From: a virus
Virus record (IMG/VR): IMGVR_UViG_3300022936_000001
Strand: one strand, 5' to 3'
Length of the DNA stretch: 54,750 bases
Below the pieces are notes generated by a model. That model did not search any database. It had not been told where the DNA came from and was given only the letters and a program-made list of their open reading frames with translations. Shown piece by piece: positions 40,055-50,200 of the stretch (the first letter of the stretch is position 1; every line of letters starts with the position of its first letter). A program made the position numbers and the translations under genes.

Positions 40055-40086
40055 AAGGCTATGCTTATTAATTTAGGCATAGCCTT
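40055..40086 (+). other. perfect 10-bp hairpin in the portal leader (AAGGCTATGC / GCATAGCCTT)
   Basis: Inverted repeat with a 12-nt loop, ending 9 nt before ATG 40096. Confidence 0.6.
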
Positions 40087-40095
40087 TAATGCTTT

Positions 40096-41331
40096 ATGGG
40101 TATGAGCCTATTAGATCCCACTACGTGGAAATGGCCGTCGTTCCGGGGTGTAGCGGATAACAGCATCGATACCCGAATGATTACGATTAACGGCCAACCT
40201 GTAGAAGGTAGTTTCGATGTTTACAGCGGTTACACGTTTCAAGGGCTGCATTACAATACAGATACGAAATTCGTTAAGCTGGTAGAGAATAATTTTGTTT
40301 TAGGTAATGTGATAGGTAAGGTAGCTAAATCGCTATCGAATGCTAAGTTTACCAGCGAAAACGAGAATGATAAATTACTAAGGGTTATTCAGAACCCGAA
40401 TGAGAAACAGAGCACAGAGGAATTTTTAAAAGAGTTTTGCATTTACCTTTTATCGCCAGGGTATACAATGATCTGGAAAAAATGGCAGTCAGTTGGTAAT
40501 ATGGAAACCCTGCAACTGATAAACCTGAACCCTGACGATACTGAAATACTGGAAAATTCAGTTAAAACAGTAGTAGATGGTAAATCGGAAACCATACCGA
40601 AAGAATTTATAATATTTTTCTACGATGTTAAAAAGAACATCAACGACGATAAAGGGTACAGCCGCATAAAGCCGCTACGTTCACAGGTTAAAAATATTGA
40701 AGATGCCCAGATAGCGAAGAACATTCAGATATGTAATTCAGGAGTTACGCTTATCAGTCCTAAGGCTACTACAGGCAGCCCTATAGACGAGGGTTTAAAC
40801 AGGCAGATTATAACGATGCCTACAGCTGAAGGACAAGCACCGCCACGTACAGAGAAAGACGATATGGAGGAAAAATTAAACACCCGGGGTATCGCTAACC
40901 GAATCATAGTAGCGAACAAAGGTGTTGACGGTTATAATTTATCGCAGGGGTTAACGGGGTTGAATTTCTATGAAATGGTAGAAACTGATATACTGGCAAT
41001 CTACGACGCTTTTGGCGTTCCGATTGAATTAAGCCCGTACGGTAAGAATAACACGTTTGACAACAAAGAAGTAGCGGAATCATCATTGTACGAAACAGAG
41101 GTGCTGCCAATAGCTTCAAATATAGTTAAAACGCTTAACGCGGAATTTCTTAATTTTACAGCCGGTATTTCAGTAACTTATGAACACGTTAGCAGCGTGG
41201 CTAAAACGAAGAATCAGGTACACGAGACGAATAAACTGATTATTGATAATTTGTCTACCCTGATTGCTGACGGCGTGATTACCGCGCCTGAAATGAAAAA
41301 AATATTAACTGATATGGGTATATTATTATGA
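40096..41331 (+). CDS. portal protein
   Basis: 411-aa ORF between terL and the prohead protease; assigned by size and synteny, no motif verified. Confidence 0.7.
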   Translation: MGMSLLDPTTWKWPSFRGVADNSIDTRMITINGQPVEGSFDVYSGYTFQGLHYNTDTKFVKLVENNFVLGNVIGKVAKSLSNAKFTSENENDKLLRVIQNPNEKQSTEEFLKEFCIYLLSPGYTMIWKKWQSVGNMETLQLINLNPDDTEILENSVKTVVDGKSETIPKEFIIFFYDVKKNINDDKGYSRIKPLRSQVKNIEDAQIAKNIQICNSGVTLISPKATTGSPIDEGLNRQIITMPTAEGQAPPRTEKDDMEEKLNTRGIANRIIVANKGVDGYNLSQGLTGLNFYEMVETDILAIYDAFGVPIELSPYGKNNTFDNKEVAESSLYETEVLPIASNIVKTLNAEFLNFTAGISVTYEHVSSVAKTKNQVHETNKLIIDNLSTLIADGVITAPEMKKILTDMGILL

Positions 41332-41492
41332 AAACATATATAATTATAGTGATGGGTACGATAGGCGTTATAGCTGAATATACCGTTACAGGCGATAGGA
41401 TTTCAATAGAATCAGGAAACACGCTGATAACTAAAGATATGATTACCGTTGCGGTTATACCTTCGGGTTACCTTATAATCGAGAAAGTATGA
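41328..41492 (+). CDS. hypothetical small protein (54 aa)
   Basis: Hand translation MKTYIIIVMGTIGVIAEYTVTGDRISIESGNTLITKDMITVAVIPSGYLIIEKV; ATGA overlaps on both sides. Confidence 0.4.
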   Translation: MKTYIIIVMGTIGVIAEYTVTGDRISIESGNTLITKDMITVAVIPSGYLIIEKV

Positions 41493-41614
41493 AAATAGAC
41501 CAAACTATAAAATCACTACAGGAAACTGCCGATAAAACGGACGATCCTGTATTGAAAAAAGAAATTGCCAGTAAGATTGAAACGCTGAAAAGCAATAAAG
41601 ACGTGAAAAAATGA
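41489..41614 (+). CDS. hypothetical small protein (41 aa)
   Basis: Hand translation MKIDQTIKSLQETADKTDDPVLKKEIASKIETLKSNKDVKK; ATGA overlaps on both sides. Confidence 0.35.
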   Translation: MKIDQTIKSLQETADKTDDPVLKKEIASKIETLKSNKDVKK

Positions 41615-42417
41615 AAGTATTCTGCAAGGAACTAAATAAATATTTCGATAGCAACGAGGCTATGTTTACTGAATTAGTAAAACATGAATCTCAATTGCTG
41701 GAATTAAAGAAAGCCGCTATTAAAGAAGCTGATTCTGTAAATATTCCATTTCTTAAGGATTCCGAAACAGAGAAATCATTGTCGTTTATTAAAGAGGGTT
41801 ATGTTTACCCGGTAATAAACACTACAAACTGGATGGATAGCCACGGCGATGTGCATTTCCCGGGTATTTGGAATAAGTCGCTTAAAGATAAAGCTGATAA
41901 AATATTTTACGTTCTTGAACATAAGTTGTCTATAGACAGTGTTATTGCATTCCCTAAAGACGTTAAGGCGTTCGTTAAAACATTGGCGTGGTCAGAATTA
42001 GGATTAAACAATGAAGGCGAAACACAGGCTTTGATTTATGAAATACCGGCAGACAAAATACGCATACCTCAGGTAAAAGACTTATTCGCTGAAAAAACAG
42101 CGTTTGAAAATTCCGTAAGGATGCGTTATATAACCATGGGGTTGGCAATGAAATCTGATAATACGGATTTCGCTAAACAAAACCAGTTATGGAATGACAG
42201 GATAGAACTTGTAGCCAACAAATCAGAAGCCGAAAAACGTGGTTACTTCTGGGCTATAGACGAAGCGAGTATCGAAAAAGAAGGTAGTTTAGTGTTGTTT
42301 GGATCAAACAGCGCAACGCCTGTATTATATGAAGCCGCCGCAAGCACTTCAAAAACAGAGCCGGCTTTAGCCACTCAAAACGAAGCACAAAAAAATTATT
42401 TTAATCTTAATCTATAA
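41611..42417 (+). CDS. prohead protease (HK97 family)
   Basis: NWMDSHGDVHFPGIW resembles the HK97 prohead protease N-terminal motif; position between portal and capsid genes. Confidence 0.7.
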   Translation: MKVFCKELNKYFDSNEAMFTELVKHESQLLELKKAAIKEADSVNIPFLKDSETEKSLSFIKEGYVYPVINTTNWMDSHGDVHFPGIWNKSLKDKADKIFYVLEHKLSIDSVIAFPKDVKAFVKTLAWSELGLNNEGETQALIYEIPADKIRIPQVKDLFAEKTAFENSVRMRYITMGLAMKSDNTDFAKQNQLWNDRIELVANKSEAEKRGYFWAIDEASIEKEGSLVLFGSNSATPVLYEAAASTSKTEPALATQNEAQKNYFNLNL

Positions 42418-42420
42418 ACA

Positions 42421-43746
42421 ATGGATTTTAAGTACAAAAGCGCGGCAGAACTTTCCGCAATGACACCTGAAGAACAGGAAAAATATGTTACTTCAAAAAG
42501 GGAGTACGAAGAAAACAAACAAAGCGAGGCGGTTAAAACGCAGGTTGCAGAACAGGTTAAAGTTATTGGCGACGCGCTGAAAGCTGAACTTAAAACTGCT
42601 AATGACGCGCTTACCTCACAGGCTGCAATAATCGAGGAACAAGGCAAATCCCTTGCTTCTCTTAAAACAGTTACTGAGGCTAATAACAAAATGGACATCA
42701 TGGAGGCGTTTAAAGCGGCTTATGATGAAGTACCTAAAGACGGCGAATTTTCCATAAAAGGGCAGGATAAAATTAAAATTGATGTAGAAAAAGTTACTAT
42801 ATCAAGTGATGTTTTATCTTCTACACTTGTTAACGCTGCTCAGTTTCCTACAGCAGGCGCAACGCAGGCTATAGATTCTGGCTATGTGCTAAGGGCTTCT
42901 CAAAACATAGGTATTGCACGTTACAGAAAACCGTACAGCCCTATAATGGAGGTAGTAGACGTTAGGCCGTTACAAGAGGCTAACCTGTATATTCTAAATG
43001 AAAGTTTTACAGGCGATGCAGCTATTACACCGGAATGCACACTAAAACCAATTGTTAAGGTAACTTATGCCGGACAGCAAGCAGAGGCTTTGGCTGTTGC
43101 AGCAGAATGGGCTACCACAACACAACTAAGACGTTTTTACCCTACAATAGCTAACGCTATTCAAAGTAAAATAGCTGAACTTGTAATGGATAAAACGCCT
43201 GCTTCTGTACTGGCGGCAGTAGTAGCAGCAGGAACGGCTTTCACTCCTAACGCTTCACTTGTGGTTAACGAAGACCCTAACGATTATGATGCTATAGGGG
43301 CAGTTATCGCGCAGCTTCAGACACTTGGTTATGTGCCTAACGCTGTTGTGCTGTCTCCCGCCGCGTGGTACAGGATGATACATTCTAAAGCATCGGATGG
43401 ACATTATTCCGTATGGAACGGTAACGCTATTAGCCTTGTGGGCGAAATAGGTATATCTTACCAGGGGCGTATAATTCGTTGGGTAATTGATCCTACTATT
43501 GCCGCTGACAGATTCCTTGTAGGGGACTTTATACAGGGCGTTAAAGTTGGCTTAGACGGGGAGTTGCTTTATTTCGAAACAGACGGACGTACTGATGCTA
43601 CTGCGGCAGGTGCTTCGGGTTTATCTCGTAATATACGTACACACGTTGTAGAACGTTTTGTAGCTACATTAATACCTAACGCGACTCGTACAGCAATTGT
43701 ATCTGATACATTTGCTAATGTGAAAACGCTTATAACAGCAGCATAA
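42421..43746 (+). CDS. major capsid protein, HK97 fold with N-terminal coiled-coil delta domain
   Basis: 441 aa directly after the protease; charged helical first 100 or so residues; followed by a hairpin. Confidence 0.8.
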   Translation: MDFKYKSAAELSAMTPEEQEKYVTSKREYEENKQSEAVKTQVAEQVKVIGDALKAELKTANDALTSQAAIIEEQGKSLASLKTVTEANNKMDIMEAFKAAYDEVPKDGEFSIKGQDKIKIDVEKVTISSDVLSSTLVNAAQFPTAGATQAIDSGYVLRASQNIGIARYRKPYSPIMEVVDVRPLQEANLYILNESFTGDAAITPECTLKPIVKVTYAGQQAEALAVAAEWATTTQLRRFYPTIANAIQSKIAELVMDKTPASVLAAVVAAGTAFTPNASLVVNEDPNDYDAIGAVIAQLQTLGYVPNAVVLSPAAWYRMIHSKASDGHYSVWNGNAISLVGEIGISYQGRIIRWVIDPTIAADRFLVGDFIQGVKVGLDGELLYFETDGRTDATAAGASGLSRNIRTHVVERFVATLIPNATRTAIVSDTFANVKTLITAA

Positions 43747-43756
43747 ATTATTATAG

Positions 43757-43776
43757 CCCCGTTTCGGCGGGGTTTA
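43757..43776 (+). terminator. hairpin / weak terminator after the capsid gene
   Basis: CCCCG / CGGGG stem, 6-nt loop, short TTT. Confidence 0.45.
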
Positions 43777-43796
43777 ACCTATAAATTTTAAATATC

Positions 43797-44063
43797 ATGG
43801 CTAAAGAGCTAACAACCAATGAAACACCTGTGGTAAACGAAGTAGCAGGGATTACTAACGCTTACTACAAAGAACAGGGCGCAAAGAGCAAAAAACTAAT
43901 TGCTGAAGGTAAATCAGAAGGAGTGGTAATAAACCTTGAAAGGACTACACCTGTAAGGTTTACCAGGGATTTCGGTAAACACATGAAACAAGGAGACGAG
44001 TTGTCTGTCTCTGATGTCGCATACGCTATTTACGATAAAGCAGGAGTAATAGAGAAACTATAA
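43797..44063 (+). CDS. head-associated small protein (88 aa)
   Basis: Track ORF; assigned by position only. Confidence 0.55.
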   Translation: MAKELTTNETPVVNEVAGITNAYYKEQGAKSKKLIAEGKSEGVVINLERTTPVRFTRDFGKHMKQGDELSVSDVAYAIYDKAGVIEKL

Positions 44064-44644
44064 TGATAATCGATAAATCATACTTTACAGGCAAGCTATT
44101 TATCCCGAATGTTCAGGCAGTCCCCGATATACATGGTGGTACACAGCCTAACAATCAGGATAAATTAACGGGGGCTATCGTGAAGTATGAGCGATTATTA
44201 TTGATTAATGCGTTAGGTGCTGCACAGTACGATTTACTTACGGCGGCGATGTTATCTGAAACGGATTATATCCCGGGAAATAAATGGTACGACCTCGTAA
44301 ATGGAAAAACCTACGACAACAAACGATTTGACGGTTTACGCGAAATAATCGGTTATTATGTGTATGTAAATTTTCTGAAATACGAATCAGTACAATTTAA
44401 CACAACGGGTTTAGAGCGTTCAGAATCTGCTAACTCCTTGCCTGTTTTGTCAGAGCAGCGCGTTATCGATTACTGGAATGAGTTCGTTAGCATGTATCAG
44501 TATTACCACGGGTGCGGCTGCGTATTTTACGGCAGCTACATACCTAATTTTGTAAGCTTGTATCAATTTCTTAGGGAAAATGAAACAGATTACAGTATTG
44601 GTAATTTCGGGTTTTATCAAATTCAAAACATTTTAGGGATATGA
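44063..44644 (+). CDS. head-tail connector/adaptor candidate (193 aa)
   Basis: Track ORF with overlapping junctions; assigned by position only. Confidence 0.55.
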   Translation: MIIDKSYFTGKLFIPNVQAVPDIHGGTQPNNQDKLTGAIVKYERLLLINALGAAQYDLLTAAMLSETDYIPGNKWYDLVNGKTYDNKRFDGLREIIGYYVYVNFLKYESVQFNTTGLERSESANSLPVLSEQRVIDYWNEFVSMYQYYHGCGCVFYGSYIPNFVSLYQFLRENETDYSIGNFGFYQIQNILGI

Positions 44645-45135
44645 TAAACGTACACGTTAGGTTAAAAGAAGCTTTTGATACCCTGCCATTAATTCAGGAA
44701 TTCGCTCCGAGATATGAATGGGGAAACGACGTTCACTGGAATAAATTAATTAAATTATTTGGTAACGATCCGAGTAAACCCGTATACCCGATTATTTATA
44801 ATTCGGCGAATACTATTGAGCATGATACGAAACGCGTTGCAGCAACGGCTACACTAACGCTTATACTGGCAACCAGGAATACATCCGTTGATATGACGAA
44901 CTCGCAACGCTGGGCAACCTCATATAATAACATTTTGTTTCCATTAGCCCGTAACATTGAACAGTTGTTTACTAAGTCTCAAATATTCGCATGGGATGGT
45001 ATTTTTACTACAGTAGAATTTCCTAACTATGGCGATAACGAGAAAAATAAAACAACTGACATAATCGATGCGTTACGCTTCGATACCACGATTACAATAA
45101 ACGATAAATGTTTAAAAACAATAAAATACACTTAA
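44641..45135 (+). CDS. head-tail joining / tail terminator candidate (164 aa)
   Basis: Track ORF with ATGA overlap; assigned by position only. Confidence 0.55.
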   Translation: MINVHVRLKEAFDTLPLIQEFAPRYEWGNDVHWNKLIKLFGNDPSKPVYPIIYNSANTIEHDTKRVAATATLTLILATRNTSVDMTNSQRWATSYNNILFPLARNIEQLFTKSQIFAWDGIFTTVEFPNYGDNEKNKTTDIIDALRFDTTITINDKCLKTIKYT

Positions 45136-45139
45136 AATC

Positions 45140-46072
45140 ATGGGATTAATAAATGCTATTAATTGCGATAAAGATACCCTTGAATTAGGTATCGTGAGCT
45201 GCGAGCAGTACCTTACCGAGTTCAAGACCCCGATACTTATCCGTAAAGGATGGAGGATGCTTCGAACGGCTTTTGAGGCGTTAGATTCTGAGGGATTTAT
45301 AGCATTGGTGCAGTCAGGAGACTGGCAGCCTGTGCTGGGATCTAAACAGTTTACCAATAATACTCCGGATGTAACTACACAGGAATACACGGGCGGCGTA
45401 CTTAGTGTAGTCCGTAACGGAAAACCACAATACCAGTTTGATTACGATAACGGTATCGGTTTCCACAAAGCACTATACTCTAAAAATGGGTTCAATAAAT
45501 TTGACATCGGTATCGTTGATGATTCCGGTACGCTTATTTTAGCTCTTACACCGGACGGAATGTATGTTACAGGTTTAACTGCAGGTATGGTTAACGCTGC
45601 CACATTTACACCACGTACAGGCGATACGGATTCAATGACAGGCTTCTCCTTTCAGTTAACAAACGAGCAGCAATTTAACCGCCGTATGGTTACATATAAT
45701 ATCGATCAGTCAGAGGTTGATTTTAATGATTTACCGGCGGTTACAGGAACTATGATAACAGGGACGGCTACGGCTGCAGGCATCGTGATAAACGTTCGTT
45801 CAGCAACTAATGTGTCTTACGGTATCGAAGCTCTTACAGCAGCTAATTTTAGGGTGTACAACCCTGTAACGAATGCAGCTATAACTGTAGCTACCGTTGT
45901 GCCGCTTGTGGCTGAGGGAACATACCGTATAACTACCACACCTGTACTTACAACCGGTACACCTGTAGTAGTTCAGTTATGGGATGCTACCGCAACGCCG
46001 CCTGTAAATGTAGCGTTAGTAGGCGATAACCAACTGTATAAAGGAATTTCAGACACTATAACAACCACATAG
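45140..46072 (+). CDS. major tail protein with C-terminal Ig-like domain
   Basis: 310 aa, upstream of the tape measure; T/V/A-rich beta-like C-terminal 90 or so residues. Confidence 0.7.
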   Translation: MGLINAINCDKDTLELGIVSCEQYLTEFKTPILIRKGWRMLRTAFEALDSEGFIALVQSGDWQPVLGSKQFTNNTPDVTTQEYTGGVLSVVRNGKPQYQFDYDNGIGFHKALYSKNGFNKFDIGIVDDSGTLILALTPDGMYVTGLTAGMVNAATFTPRTGDTDSMTGFSFQLTNEQQFNRRMVTYNIDQSEVDFNDLPAVTGTMITGTATAAGIVINVRSATNVSYGIEALTAANFRVYNPVTNAAITVATVVPLVAEGTYRITTTPVLTTGTPVVVQLWDATATPPVNVALVGDNQLYKGISDTITTT

Positions 46073-46073
46073 C

Positions 46074-46331
46074 ATGAAACCAATAGGTAATATTACATTC
46101 GGCAGTAAAGAGGCATACGATAATTTCTTATCTTTACCTCATAAAGACCAGGTAGAGCAGGTTTACGAATCGTTAAGCCCTAAAGACTACGTACTGGCTG
46201 AAAAAATCTTAAAAGATGGGAATATCAGCAGCGGAAATGCTACGGCGGCTAAACCGGGTAGTAACGGAAATACCGGAGGAAACACGAAAGATAATCCAAA
46301 GGGATCCGCAACTAATAGCAGCGAAGTATAA
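46074..46331 (+). CDS. hypothetical protein (85 aa) with low-complexity G/N/S/T tail; overlaps the next ORF by 116 nt
   Basis: Track ORF. Confidence 0.5.
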   Translation: MKPIGNITFGSKEAYDNFLSLPHKDQVEQVYESLSPKDYVLAEKILKDGNISSGNATAAKPGSNGNTGGNTKDNPKGSATNSSEV

Positions 46332-46659
46332 AGAATTTCAACGTGGCGACAGACCCGATGGTACAGCTATAGGATTTTATCGTAATTCAGGTTACGGATT
46401 ATTCAAGCGTAATTTAAACCCTCTTGCAGGCGGTACAGTCGATTTGATATTGACGGGTTCGTTTACAAGAGGGTTATTTGTTGAATCATTAGGGAATAGC
46501 CGGTATATATTTGATAGCACAGACGATAAAACCGATGATTTAATAGGCAAGTATGGTCAGGATATTATGGGTTTGAATCAGGGAGAATGGTACAGGCTGC
46601 AGCGTGAGGTACACGCGCCGTTATTAATTAGGTTCATTAAAAGACAGTTGGGGCAATGA
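46216..46659 (+). CDS. hypothetical tail-module protein (147 aa) in the +1 frame relative to 46074..46331
   Basis: Track ORF; in-frame TAA immediately upstream of its ATG. Confidence 0.6.
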   Translation: MGISAAEMLRRLNRVVTEIPEETRKIIQRDPQLIAAKYKEFQRGDRPDGTAIGFYRNSGYGLFKRNLNPLAGGTVDLILTGSFTRGLFVESLGNSRYIFDSTDDKTDDLIGKYGQDIMGLNQGEWYRLQREVHAPLLIRFIKRQLGQ

Positions 46660-47285
46660 TAAAATTATTCAGAACTAAGAGAGGTATTAAAACCGTACCT
46701 ATAATATACTGGCACGACTGCAACATACCCGCTAAAATATTTTTTGAGGTTATGTATTCAGGGCATTACAGTAAGTTAGGTACTGCGCCCGATGTAGAGC
46801 AAGTGTTTGATAAAATATTCGATGAATATTATATTTTAGCCCCTAACACGCAGTTAAAATCATGGATTCAGAAACATAAACGTATATCAGCTATCAGGTC
46901 GGCTATAGCAGGGATTACAGCGACTATCTCGCAATTGGAGTTCGTAACTATGAATCCTGAACAAACATCGCGTGTAGTGGCTATATTGAATAATTACTCA
47001 GAAGTAAAACCTAAATTCAATGTTAAGGAACCGATAAAAGAAATCCATAGAATCAAAAATGGAATCATAGGCCAGCTAAAAAATAAATTAAACCAGGAAA
47101 TAGCAGGCGAGAAAGTAAAATCAGAAAAAATAGCTTATAATTTCCACAAAGACCGAATTAATTTACGGCTATCTCTTGAAGGTATAACCATAGATGAAAA
47201 TTGCAGCCTGTATGAATGGGTTGAGTACGTGAACGCAGCTAAAGAACGTCAAGCCGCCCAAAAAGCCGCTATGAGTAAAAAATAA
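46656..47285 (+). CDS. hypothetical protein (209 aa), position consistent with a tail assembly chaperone
   Basis: Immediately precedes the tape measure; no overlapping shifted ORF seen. Confidence 0.55.
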   Translation: MIKLFRTKRGIKTVPIIYWHDCNIPAKIFFEVMYSGHYSKLGTAPDVEQVFDKIFDEYYILAPNTQLKSWIQKHKRISAIRSAIAGITATISQLEFVTMNPEQTSRVVAILNNYSEVKPKFNVKEPIKEIHRIKNGIIGQLKNKLNQEIAGEKVKSEKIAYNFHKDRINLRLSLEGITIDENCSLYEWVEYVNAAKERQAAQKAAMSKK

Positions 47286-47291
47286 TAAAAA

Positions 47292-50200
47292 ATGGCAGAT
47301 AATGGATTTGTATCGGTAATAGATAAGAACGCGGTAAGTGAGGTAAATACCCTTATTGATAAATTAACCGACGTTGAGGGTGCGGTTAAGCGTATTAATG
47401 CCATGAAAATAACTGTACCCTCTCAGGCTAAAGCCGCTTCAGGAGATAGTGCGGCTACGGTGCAGAAAGCGAACGCGGCCATGACTGAACAGGAAAGGTT
47501 ATCGCTAAGGCTTAGTAATCTTCGTAAATCAGAAGCCATTGAAAATGCTAAGTTAAAAGTGCAAATATCAGAACTTACGGCTGCTCAAAAAAAACAAGCA
47601 AAAGAGGTTTTAGGGGTAATGAACGCGTACCAAAAACTTGACGCTGAATTAGGCGAAACGAGAATGAATGCTAAAGCTCTCGCTGCCGATATGTTTTTAT
47701 TAGAGCAGGCAGGAGAAACAAACAGCCAGCAATATAAAGATTTAGCAGCTACATATTCTACGGTTGCCGCAAGGGTAAGCCTTTTAGATACCGGTTTAAA
47801 AAAAATAGATGGCAATTTAGGATTGAACCAAAGATATGTAGGAGATTACGCGAGGGGCTGGAATGGACTTGGGAATGCAATAAATCAGTTAACACGTGAA
47901 GCTCCTGCATTCGCTGTATCACTTAATACAGGCTTTTTAGCAATATCGAATAACTTACCTATACTTTCAGATGAGATAGCTAATCTTGTAGCAAGAAATA
48001 AAGAATTAGCAGCGTCAGGTCAACCTACGGTAAGTGTGTTAAAGCAATTAGCAACAGCTTTTTTTAGCTGGCAGACGGCTTTATCCGTAGGAGTTACGAT
48101 ACTTACTTTATACGGAAAAGAAATAGTTACATGGGCAAATAATCTATTTAAAGGTGTGAAAGCCTTAAATGCATTAGCTGATAGTCAAGCAATATTAACA
48201 ACAGCAAGGGAAGCTTCTAAAAAAAGCATAATTGATGAAAAAACCACTATCGGACTTTACCTACAAACAGCCAGAGACAGCCAAAAATCCGATGAAGAAA
48301 GAGCTATAGCGGTTAAAAAACTACAAAATGAATATGCGTTTTATTTTGGTAAACTAACAGAAGGGGAAATATTATTAGGAAAAACAAAGGATGCGGAACT
48401 GGCTGTTAATTCAGCATTAGAAGCCAGGTCAAATAGTATAGCTATTTCTGAAAAATACAACAATAGCCAAAAATCATTAATTGATATAAATACAGCTATA
48501 GCTAAACAGACTAAGTTAGTAAACACAGAGCAGGAGCGACAGCGAAATATTCGTAAAGCCGCTACTGCCGGCACTATAAGCGCTGCCGCCGCAACAGATC
48601 AGTTACTGGATTCTTACAACAGAGAAAATGCGAACACAGCCGCTATAACTGAAAATATAAAGCGAAAAAATTACCAGGAATCTGTAAGCAATAATCTAAT
48701 AAAAGAAGCTATACGTTATAAAAAGGAGTCTATAGGGTTAGAGTATCAACCTGAATCAGGACAACAATCTTTAGATTACCAAAAATTAGTAGATTTTCAG
48801 GCGAGTGCTTATGAATTAAATCGAACCCGTTTAGAAAACGAAGCAGCGTTTCAAAAAGATATATTTGAAAATGAGGAAAACGGTTACGCTGATAGGGAAG
48901 CCGCCGCTGAAAAATACAGCAAAATAATCACAAATTTAGCAGACATAAAAAGAGTTGAGACACTAAGAATACTGGCATTACAATTAAAACAGGAGGAATC
49001 TGAAATTAATAAAAGCGTTTCAGATCAAATAGTAAGAATAAGGAATAGTGCTGAAAAAGGAGAATTGTCCCAAAAAGAAGCTAACGCCAGTATCTACGCA
49101 TTAACTCGAAATAAAAATCAAGCTATAGGAGCATTAGAACAACAATATGAATATGATAGCTTAAAAGCATACGAGGATTATTCTCAGGAAATGATAGGCG
49201 TTGCCCACGAAACCGAAACCGCATTAAAAGGGGTTTGGGAGCAACTATCAGCGCAGCAACGTCAGAATAATATAGATAGCAAACAGATAGATAATCTTAG
49301 AGAAATATCTTTATTGCTTAAAAATGTTGGTGTAGATACCGATATGAAAGGTTTTGATGCCATACAGAACCGAATGCGTGAAATTAATAGCGACCAGGAG
49401 GACGCGCAGGTTAATGAATTAAGAACGCAGAAACTGTTAATACAGGGCGAAATAGATAAACTATCCGCGCAAGGTAAGGCTGTTGAAAATAACGAGGCTA
49501 TAGAGAAACTTACGGGGCAGCAGATACAGCTGGAAAATAAAGCCCTTGAAATTGAGAATAAAAGATTACAGGCAGTAGCGGATTTACGCAAAGAAATGAA
49601 GTCCGCAACGGATCAGTTTTTCAACTCGGTTAAATCAGGTTTCCTTAGCGATTTAGGTTTAGGCTCACTAACTAAATTTACCGACCAAGTAACCTATGAC
49701 TTTATTAATGCAGCCGGAGAGATAGAAACTAAAACCGGATCTACGTTTGATAAGATGCTCGACCAGGCGCAAACCGCCGGGGAGAAATTAAAAGTTGTCG
49801 GGCTGGAAGCGATGTCAGCATTTCAAGAGGTGTTTAATTTCCTTCAACAAAACAATCAGGCACGCTTCGATGCTGAATTAACGAATATCGAACGTGAATA
49901 TGAGATACGCAAAAAATTTGCAGGCGGTAATGCTGATGCGGAGGCAGAATTAGAACGACAATTAGCGGACAAAAAACGCGAGATACGTGTCAGGGAAGCG
50001 AAAGCCGCCAAAGAAACAGCATTGTTTAACGCGATTATAAACACCGCCAGCGCGGTCGTGGCGGCATTACCTAATATTGGTGCTTCCATATTAGTTGGTG
50101 CGTTAGGAGCCATACAAATCGGTTTGATAGCGTCTAAACCATTACCGGCGTATGCTGAGGGTACGGATAACCACCCCGGAGGACGCGCGATAGTAGGGGA

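Noticed and set aside
46656-47291. Canonical gpG/gpGT -1 frameshift pair immediately upstream of the tape measure
   Set aside because: ORF 46656..47285 ends 6 nt before the tape measure ATG, and no overlapping -1 frame ORF extends from it. The only overlapping pair in the interval is 46074/46216, which has a +1 relationship and is reported separately with low confidence.
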